A stretch of DNA of 57,205 nucleotides, the filler included, from Sphacelaria rigidula (taxonomy: Eukaryota): the NCBI GenBank assembly GCA_964200075.2. It is 8 parts of 8 records of this genome, joined end to end, with 100 filler letters (N's around TTAATTAATTAA, not from the genome) between each part and the next. Parts side by side here need not be neighbours in the genome. Positions count along the whole stretch, not along the records: positions 42,980 to 50,042 come from CAXNAA020016685.1; positions 50,143 to 57,205 come from CAXNAA020016686.1; 6 more parts are not named here. The stretch is one strand, 5' to 3'. The notes beneath the pieces are model-generated. The model did not search any database. It was not told where the DNA came from and saw nothing but the letters and a program-made list of their open reading frames with translations. This document shows, in pieces, positions 49,033-57,205 of the stretch. Every line of letters begins with the position of its first letter. Position 1 is the stretch's first letter. Made by a program: the position numbers and the translations under genes.

Positions 49033-49860
49033 ATGTGTGTGTTTACTAATAAAAAGTCGGCTTGTGTTTGCCTCGTTGAGTTGCTCACTGGAGGCGGGGA
49101 TTTTCCCGATGATGACGTCAGAAGGTGGGTGCCGCCTGAGCACAAATGGCCTGGACATGGAGGGCGATTCGAAACGAGCTACGCTAAAGCTTAACGTGTT
49201 ACAACACATATGGTGAAGTAGAACCCAGCCCAGCAGTAACAGATTTTCTGCTTGCACGCACTCACCAATGGCTTGCACGCCCTCATCAATGGCTTCCCTC
49301 CGGGGTTGGAATCGAATCCTTGGGACACCAGTCACACAGAACCAATCATGGCCAATCATCTGCCTCTCCGAAAAACTGGATCGCCGCTTCCGTTATATAG
49401 TACAACGAGCTCGTTGTTGTCCTGAACTCGGTTACGTGGGTAATTCTGCTCGAACGTTTCCCTTCTCTTCCAGAGCAAATTCATGGCCTCATTGAGGACC
49501 ATTTGCGTCAAGCAAGCACAACGGGGAGGTTTTTAACCTTATGTCACTAGGACAAGGAGGCCAGCCGATGACGTGTGCGAGTAAATGGAACACCAAGGAA
49601 CCAATCACAACAGAGACGACGACTAGGAGGGGAGGGGGGGGGGGGGATAAACAGGGGAATGAGCGAAGAAAGTTCCAAGCTAAGGATACCAATGAAGCCA
49701 GGGACAAGAGCAGGAGGGACGATATGGTAGAACATATATAGCCAAATATGCACCGGACTTAACATGCCAAGGATGGCGGGAATACCCACCATCCTCCAGC
49801 GTCTCCTTCATGTCAATTCCTTCTCCCCAATGTACCCTTCCCCCGATATGGTATGTTGCT
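48373..49860 (-). CDS. Hypothetical 3' end of a multi-exon gene (candidate exons ~49860-49790, 49318-49266, 48697-48660, 48418-48373)
   Basis: Donors G|gtgggt, TTG|gtgagt and GG|gtgagt with phases 1/0/2 join into ..EGIDMKETLEDGFDSNPGGKPLMRACKPLERRITNAKERQMGKEYQGDEGNLSMLE*; no recognised family. Confidence 0.3.
48961..49030 (+). repeat. (GT)35 microsatellite
   Basis: Perfect dinucleotide run. Confidence 0.98.
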
Positions 49861-49970
49861 ATGTGGCCTTCTTGTCAATATCGGGTGTATTCGCACATGT
49901 GACTAGTCCGAATGGTTGCCTGTGGCAACGAATCTTGCGGGTTTAAAAATATATATTTGTTTGATTCATC

Positions 49971-50042
49971 GCCCCGGTGGCTCAGTTGGTAACCTCGTAA
50001 CCTTCTGATGGTTGAGTACGGGGGTTCGATTCCCGGAGCGAT
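49971..50042 (+). mobile_element. tRNA-like head of the SINE, cut by the contig end
   Basis: GCCCCGGTGGCTCAGTTGGTAA (A box), AACC-TTCTGAT-GGTT stem-loop, GGTTCGATTCC (B box); homologous to the head at 12570-12640 (minus). Confidence 0.75.
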
Positions 50043-50142
50043 NNNNNNNNNNNNNNNNNNNNNNNNNNNNNNNNNNNNNNNNNNNNTTAATTAATTAANN
50101 NNNNNNNNNNNNNNNNNNNNNNNNNNNNNNNNNNNNNNNNNN
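50043..50142. other. Artificial contig spacer
   Basis: N44-TTAATTAATTAA-N44. Confidence 0.99.
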
Positions 50143-51353
50143 CTTGTCCCCTGGTCATCATCCAGGATCCTGCACATGCTACATCCACTACGCCTTGGTG
50201 TATTTTGGCTACACGCCCCAATATATATTGACCGGTCAATATTTTCTCACAAATGCGACCGATATATATATATATATATATATATTGGTCGTGCAGTATG
50301 TCGTCGCCTACACTGCCCCAATATGCATTGATGAGATAATATGTGAGCAATCCCACGGTACCAAAATATATCGGGCGGGCAACATGTCTGCAGTCCCACA
50401 ACATCAATATATATTGGATGTGCAATACGTGTGCAGTCCAAGGTTAAGAATATATATTACGCCGGCAATATATCGCGAAATTGCAATATGATCGACATAT
50501 ATATTGAAAGCGTTTTGTTTTGTCCAGGGTGGGTGGCTTTTCAACAAACCTAACTATAGTATGGTCGGCAACTCCGTTGGCGAGATACGATCTGACTCCC
50601 ATAACAGACTTTACTTATGACACAGAGGAAGTATGGTTCCCGATTTCAGTGAACTGCCATATTTTGTATCGCCATTTAACCCTTAGACCGCGAGGGTCGC
50701 CTTGGAAACGTTGTACAGGCTGACAGTTCTGAGACATCCGGGGGTTTTCAGAGGTTGGGGGGTTGGTTTTTGAGAGGAGGGGTGTCTCTCAGCAGAGCAT
50801 CCAAGAAGCTCGCGGACTCAACCATGTGTGTTTAGCAGTTTCCCGCGGAAAATTATGAGCCGTGCAAGAGGCCCGAGAGGTGCTGGATGACCATTCTGAC
50901 CCATCACGGTCGTCAAAATGAGCACTTTTGTTCCCCTAGCGCAAGAGTAGCGGAAGACTATTTCGCTGTCCACCCCATAACTCAGGTTTGCCTTCGTGAA
51001 TCAACCATAGATGACATATTACAAAAGTATGTGTTTCGTACTCCGGTACTTGAGTGCACGGTTGTTTAGTGCTGCCTGAGCTGCTTCGTCCCAGCTGCAC
51101 ATCAGCACCTGACATAAAACTAACGGCGCAACACGCGAGCCCCCACCACGAGTATCCAGTGCACATTGCGGTTTACGCCCTCGTCTACGGAGATACGACC
51201 GCTATCGCGGACCAGTTCTTCGACGTTTGCGTACACTTCCTACACCGTCCTCGAGAGTTCGCTCACGAGGCTGCAGTAGCTGTCGGGGCGAGGCGGTGCT
51301 TACACATTGGGTCAACCCCGGGGCTGGACGCTAGTGTGAAGGGTGACACGCCC

Positions 51354-51573
51354 TGTGACGAAATAACGCCGTTATGTTGAGTTGGTAGTGACGATCTGGA
51401 TAATGACCGGGGACACTGGGTTGATACCCGGGCGTGTCTAGGAGGCTGTGCCTACGAGGGTACTCCTGAATAATGGAATGTTGTGAAGGCTGACAACTGA
51501 AACTGAGGCCAGTAAGACTGGGGAGTCCCTCAACAGCAGTGACCCAGCAGTTCTTCCACTGGCTGGCGTCACA
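51354..51573 (+). repeat. 5' LTR
   Basis: TGTGACG...CGTCACA; direct repeat of 55918-56137, with 17 substitutions and no indels by manual alignment. Confidence 0.96.
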
Positions 51574-54139
51574 ATATCGATATGAGTGCTAGTGCTAGTG
51601 TTAGTGCTAGAAACCTGCTGGAAAGGATTTTGGTGGAGTGAGTCTGGCAGCTGTGGACAACCTGAAGCATCACGGGCTCGTGACGGGGGTTCAAGCTGGT
51701 GGTAGCTGCAGAAAGGCGGCTGAATTGTGATTGATCCAGACTGGAGACTTGCTGAAGCTGCGTGCAGCGGGAGTTTGAAGGCTCCTAAGACTGTGTGGTG
51801 CGGCGACGAAGCAAGGCAAATGCAATTCGCAACGATCCGCTGGCCTGCAAAAGGTTCGCCGATAGCTTGTTACAGCTATGGCGACACCCGTGGTCATGCG
51901 AAAAGAGTTGCAACCTCCCCAATATGGGGATAGGTACTTGGAGAGTGCATCTCGCACTTTCATTATGAAATACGTGAAGCACAAGAAGCGTGTGAAGCAC
52001 GCTAACGCAGGGGGTGCTGTGCGGCATCAGGTGGCGCCAATGGCTCAACAAGTGCCAACTTATGTGCAGAGAGTGTTTGCTCGTTTGGAGCATATAAAGA
52101 TCACAATCACCCTGCCGCAATCGGTTGCGGCGATCAGAAAGCATGCTGGGCATGCGGTGGGCACCTGCACTGTTGTGGTCAGGTCGGCCATTACGCGCGC
52201 GATTGGCCAAAGTCTTCCGGTGAAGAGTCTGAGCAATCTCATGCCGCGCGCCATCACATCGTCAGCACAAGGGCAAAAGACGAGGTAATCGTGGTGGTGG
52301 CGGCAAATCCCCCGGCGGTGGAGTGTCGCAGTCGAGTCCCCAGCACCAGCAGCAGCAGCAACAGCAGCAGTAGCAGCAGGGGCAGCGGCATCAGCATGGG
52401 TCTGGTTCTGGGTCCGGCGCCGCTGTAGGTTCTACTGCTCCGCAACCGGTGGTGTAGGTGGGACCGACTTCTACAGTGTCGAACACTGCGCCGGCGCCGG
52501 TGGTGGCGCCGGCGGTGACACCGGCAGCAGCGCCAAGCGCGACGCCTGCTGACGTGCTGATCGGAGGTTTGCCAAATATTTGGTCTGCTTGCTGGGGGTC
52601 ATACCCGCCGGCGGTGCCGTTTGAACCTGCCGGGGCGTCTTCGCCTACTGCGCAGCCGTGACGTCAAGTGGGATTAGCGGCGCATCGGTCGAAGAATAAA
52701 GGGCCAGCGGAGTCTGCGCACAACTACGTTCCTGCGGAGCTGTGTCTCCAAACCAACGGAAGCGTGGAGCCATTGCGGTTCAGGCTAAGTGGGATTCTAG
52801 CGCCCACTCGACGGGTCGTGTGAGTCTGTCGGTACAGATTATAGAGATGTTGGAGCGCCTTCTCCCGGGTATGTCACTGCGCATTCCGTTTTTGCTCGGG
52901 GCGCGTCAGGCCGTCACCGCATCGTGTCACCATGTTTACGCCACAGAGCGTACTGTTTCGCTGCAGCTGACTTTCACGACTTCCTGGGGGCCGGCGCAGT
53001 TTCCTCCGATCTCGTTTGAATTCATGCCGGGGTCGGATGGCGTTATTCTTCTGGGGCTGCCGATGGTTCAGAATATTGGAGTCAACGCTCGGCGGTTGTG
53101 GGACTCTATGAAGACGCAGATGTCTCCGCCTGGTCCACGTTTGGCGACGCCCGTCCTTTTGGGCAGTCGTCGCGTGAGATTGTCAGTGGATGCTTCTCAG
53201 GAGGCTGGAGGGCAGGTGACCGAGGGGCGCGATGCGGCGGTGGGACGCTTAGTAGAGCGCGGCCCGGAGATGTTCATGATTCCGGTGGAAGAGGAGCCCG
53301 CTCGGAAGGTCGCGCTGGAGGAGAGCGTGACGGATGCTGGAGCGACAGGCCTCCGCGTCTCAAAAGCGGAGCGCCTACGCGGCATATTGCATTGCAGTGT
53401 CAACGCGTTTCGTCGTGCGCTGCGGGGTGATCCTCCTGCGCGCGCGAAGCCCATGCGTGTTCAGCTAGAACCTGGGGCGTCCGCGGCGAAGACACAGCCG
53501 CGGCGGTACCATCCAGTGAAGTCGAGTTGGTTGGCATTGTGCATGGCGGCTCTTTTGGTGCTCGGGTTGGTGTTATGGAATTTGCAGGTGGGGTGATCCA
53601 GTCCAGATATGGCGTTTCCGGAGGAGGCTGCATCGTGGACGGAGGGCAGACTGCAGGCGTGGGCGGCAGCGAAGGATCTGGTGGCTCATGCCGTGACGCT
53701 TTTCCAACCTCGTCCTGATTGTCTGGTGTCAATGTTTTTGGGCGCATCTGAGTGCCATTGGAGTAGTTTGGTCATGCAGGTGCCAACAGTTGAAATTCAA
53801 ATGCCTGTGCGCGCTGTGGCTGTGTATGGTCTGTGTGAACCTGATAACTCGATGCCGTCCAAATCTGTTGTCCGCCAAGCGCACCGAAAAGACCTTGGGG
53901 CCGAAGATGCGGATGTGCAATCTTTCGAGTCGGACGTTGGTACTGCTATCTTGGACAATGAAGGTATGTTTCGTGTGCATGTGCGTGGCCGAAACGTGTT
54001 GTTGATTCCGAGTTCCGACAAGCAATTGCGGGTACGTCTGATGATTGTGCGCACATGCGCGACGCCGGGCATCGTGGTGTAGCTGCGACGCTTGTGCGCT
54101 TGCAAGAGCTTTGTGTCTAGCAAGGGATAGAAACTCATA

Positions 54140-54931
54140 TGCGCGGATTTGTCAGCCAGTGTCTTCACTGTGCTGACTCGAGGGCGGGCGATGTTGTTCC
54201 CGCTCGGCGAAACGGCCCATGGGACCACGCCGAATGAAGTCGTTCATTTTGACTTCTTGTACGTGGGCGAGAGTGGCCCGCCAGCTTTCCAAGGTTTGTC
54301 GGAGGATGCTGTGTTGCGATACATTTTGGTAATCATGGATGATTTGAGCAACTTTGTGGCACTGGAACCAGCAGCAGTGTGTACTGCTGAATCGACCGCT
54401 GCATCTTTGCTGAATTGGTGCAAACCTTTGGGGGTGCCACGTGTGTGGGTGAGTGAAAACGCTACGTATTTCAAGAATGCGGTCTTCGTCCGATTGCAAG
54501 TGGCTTCGCGCGTTGATCACCCGTTTGCGGTAGCGTATTCTCCGTGGCCTAACGGCACATGCAAACGCATGCCCAAGAAAGTAGCTCGTGCTCTTCGCTC
54601 TATTCTTCTCGAGCAGCGTAGAGTGGTTTCCGAGTGGGTGGACGTGTTGGCGGCGGTGCAATGGGCGCTTAACACAGCGTATCGTTGTCGCTACGATAGT
54701 ACGCCGTACCACGTGATGTTTGGTCGTGCCCCTCGGTCGTCTTTCTCGGTGCTGGCGTCTTCGTCGGCGGGGGAATGGAAGTATGATGTTTTGGACGATT
54801 CTCGAATCAAGAGTGCATTGCGAGGAGTCTTGGACTTGCAAGAACGTTTCCACGTTCAAGTGCAGGAACGTGTTGTCGCTGAACGTGCGCATGGTCCTCG
54901 TCGGGGCTGGAATTACCGGATTTTGAGGTAG
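54140..54931 (+). pseudogene. Gypsy integrase core (degenerate)
   Basis: ORF 54149..54931 with rve motifs; the second D and the E of the DDE triad appear substituted (VSENA, GTCKR). Confidence 0.88.
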
Positions 54932-54939
54932 GCGACTAT

Positions 54940-55383
54940 AACACGGGATCTTACAAATTGGAGATGAATCTTTTATTGGGGATGAGAAACCCGGAGGGTT
55001 TAAATCTTCGTATCCACATCAAATCTTCACAATAACATGGTTCAATTTCTTCACCTACTGATGGCTATTGATAACTGCTACACGCCGTAAAAATGTGGAT
55101 TTTGACTACCGAAATTTTATGGTCCTAGGTGAAAAACCAGTTTTCGAGAATTCCGGATGTCCGAACGGGCGCCAAAATAGCTCCTATTTTTTTTCATCTA
55201 GGACCCCAACATTTCAGTGATCGAAATCCAAATTTCTATGGCGTGTAACAGTTGTAAATAGCCATCAGTAGGTGAAGAAATGGAACCATATTCCGAAGAT
55301 TCGGTGTGGATACGAAGATATTAATTCTCCGGGTTTCTCATTCCCAATAAAAGATCCATCCCCAATTTGTAAGATCCCGTGTT
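54940..55383. mobile_element. Foldback element (444 bp, ~200-bp inverted arms) nested in the Gypsy pol
   Basis: aacacgggatcttacaaattgg.. / ..ccaatttgtaagatcccgtgtt; arms pair through to gtcctag.tgaaaaa; flanks CTAT / CTTT; interrupts FEVGDY|VLY. Confidence 0.92.
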
Positions 55384-55917
55384 CTTTGTCTTGTACTGAA
55401 TGCACGCGTGCGTCGTCCGAGTGTTACGCCTAAGTTGATGGCGACACGGACTGGTCCATGGAGAGTGGTTGATGCTCACAACCCGCACGTGTTTAAGATT
55501 CAAAACATTGTTTCGGGTCGTATTCAGACCGCCAATGTAGCTCGTTTGCGTTTTTATGCAGACTCACAGCTTAATTTAAGGCTGACGTTAGGGACGTGTT
55601 CCAGCATGCTTACAATCGGGGGAAATTCCAGATGGCTGGTATTGTCTGAGTGGCAGAAGCAGACGATTGTTCGTTGATCGTGTTGGTCGACTGGGTTGGT
55701 TTCGAAATTGAGAAGCGTACGTGGGAGCCTTTCAAGGATATTTTTGAGGCCGCTCCGGAATTTCTGAAGAAGGACTTGCGTAAAGTGCGCGTGACTCGTG
55801 CCGTTGCTGCTCGCATTTCGAATGAGTTTGGTATCCAGTTGTGACTTACTCATCGTTTTGGCGTTTCTGTGTGTCAACTTTGTTGATCGATTTTCGTCCA
55901 ACGCGCTTTGGGGGTGC

Positions 55918-56137
55918 TGTGACGAAATAACGCCGTTACGTTGAGTAGGTAGTGATGATCTGGATAATGACCGGGGACACCAGGTTGATATCCGGGCGTG
56001 TTTAGGAGGCTGTGCCTACCAGGGCACTCCTGAATAATGGAATATTGTGAAGGCTCACGACTGAAACTGAGGCCAGTGAGACTGAGGAGTCTCTCAATAG
56101 CAGTGATCCAGCAGTTCTTCCACTGGCTGGCGTCACA
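55918..56137 (+). repeat. 3' LTR
   Basis: Direct repeat of 51354-51573; candidate 4-bp TSD GCCC / GCTC. Confidence 0.96.
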
Positions 56138-56884
56138 GCTCATAGAGGCAGCCGCGGCTCATGTTGATCTATGCTAGGGGACGTGGTGGCCAAATAGGGT
56201 TCGACGTCTGCGAAGGAATACCGCTATCAGATGAGGATAAGCCTCTGGTATATCTGAGCATGATGAGGTCGTGTGTCACCTGCTTAGCGAGGTGTCGTCG
56301 CCATCAAACGAACTCACACTTAGGGGTAAAACCCGTTTTGGCACATGGTGCAGTAAGAAATATTTAGCACTCTACGGCTGCGTCACGGCGGTTTTATTGA
56401 GAGGTACCGTGCTTGCTTTATACAAGGGGACGCTATCGCATCAAACCGGCCGCGTGTGCAGCAAGTACTCACACTCTGGGTTACTGCAATATACATGAAA
56501 TATACAGTATGGGAGTAGGGTTGAGTTTTTTTCGTACTGTCTGTAAATATACTGTACAACAGCATAGGGGCCGTCACCGCTTGAAGCCTGGAAGGTAGGG
56601 AGGTGCGCCATGCGGCCTATTTCACAGATACTCGCGAGTGTGCGATGTGCAACGTCCCCGATCTGCTGCTAAAACAAATTGCACGCAATACACTTCATAC
56701 ACGTGCGGCGCCTACAATCACGCTCTACTGACGGGCAGCTTTCGGTGCTCCGGTTTTTATGTATGTAATGACACTACAGACTGCACAGGCACCTTAGGTA
56801 AGGTAGATATTAGTATCCGGTACCGATATTCGGGAAATTTCACACCCTGCCGATACCGGTCCAATCGTGCATCTACAAATATCA

Positions 56885-57105
56885 TATCTACGACACCCGC
56901 AATACCACGGTATTTCGAGGTTTCAATAACTACCGTACCCGCTTGATCGGGTTTTTTCGAATGTCATACCTACGATACCCACGATACCACGGTGTTTCGG
57001 GGTTTCAATACCTACCGTACCCGCTCAATCGGGCATTTTCAAAAATAGTACCTGCGATACCTACGATACCACCGTATTTCGAGATTCCGTTACCCACTGT
57101 ACCCA
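56885..57105 (+). repeat. Degenerate ~82-bp tandem repeat x3 (cgatacc..ataccacggtatttcg..taccgtaccc)
   Basis: Units start near 56888, 56969 and 57051. Confidence 0.65.
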
Positions 57106-57205
57106 ATCAATTAACAGCCAATCCTAATTTTTGGGGTTGAAACATAAAATGAGATTGAAGGCCCATCCCTCCATTGCAGGGCAGATACGAAAGAGTAACA
57201 CAGAG

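Larger units (their letters stand above)
51354..56137 (+). mobile_element. Degenerate Ty3/Gypsy chromodomain LTR retrotransposon with both LTRs
   Basis: 220-bp LTRs; gag-like 51878-52290; protease-end GVILLGLP; RT start FRRALRGDPPA..PMRVQL..PRRY; RT core deleted; RNase H start; integrase PNEVVHFDFLY..YILVIMDDLSNF..WVSENATYF..AYSPWPNG; GPY/F-like KLMATRTGPWRVV; chromodomain VLVDWVGFEIEKRTWEP. Confidence 0.95.
51100..56330 (+). pseudogene. Possible ankyrin-repeat coding relic (51100-51353 plus 56142-56330) disrupted by the Gypsy element
   Basis: Removing the LTR element and one TSD copy gives ..FAHEAAVAVGARRCLHIGSTPGLDASVKGDTPIEAAAAHVDLC*, with ankyrin-like GxTPxxxAA; YPVHIAV upstream and EVVCHLL downstream. 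Confidence 0.4.

Noticed and set aside
48825..49359. ORFs with poly-(HT) or poly-(CV) tracts
   Set aside because: Translations of the (GT)35 microsatellite.
49971..50042. Functional tRNA gene
   Set aside because: The acceptor stem and D arm do not pair, and the homologous copy at 12401-12647 continues into a SINE body.
54152..54892. 246-aa minus-strand ORF
   Set aside because: Antisense shadow of the integrase coding region.

Overview
The window is not one locus. It is eight unrelated contigs of about 7,063 bp (1-7064, 7165-14227, 14328-21390, 21491-28553, 28654-35716, 35817-42879, 42980-50042, 50143-57205), joined by artificial 100-nt N44-TTAATTAATTAA-N44 spacers. The DNA is eukaryotic (GT-AG introns, dense transposable elements). 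Gene content and a bipartite plastid-targeting leader suggest a photosynthetic stramenopile, most likely a brown alga (inference). Host genes supported by spliced, phase-consistent exons or clear motifs are: a DMT/EamA-type transporter (minus strand, 3 exons, 3' end off-contig), the first exon of a B-box zinc-finger protein, the last exon of an ERGIC/Erv41-Erv46 family gene, and the 3' seven exons of Mediator subunit MED14. Most of the rest is mobile DNA: a degenerate two-LTR chromodomain Ty3/Gypsy element that appears to have landed in an ankyrin-like ORF and carries a nested 444-bp foldback element; degenerate RTE-type LINEs; a tRNA-derived SINE; and several MITE families (a ~110-bp piggyBac-like family found on 6 of 8 contigs, plus PIF/Harbinger-like, hAT-like and AACACG-ended long-TIR elements). 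I found no convincing new enzymatic, defence or CRISPR-like system. The best leads are the non-autonomous element families and two unrecognised multi-exon ORF chains.
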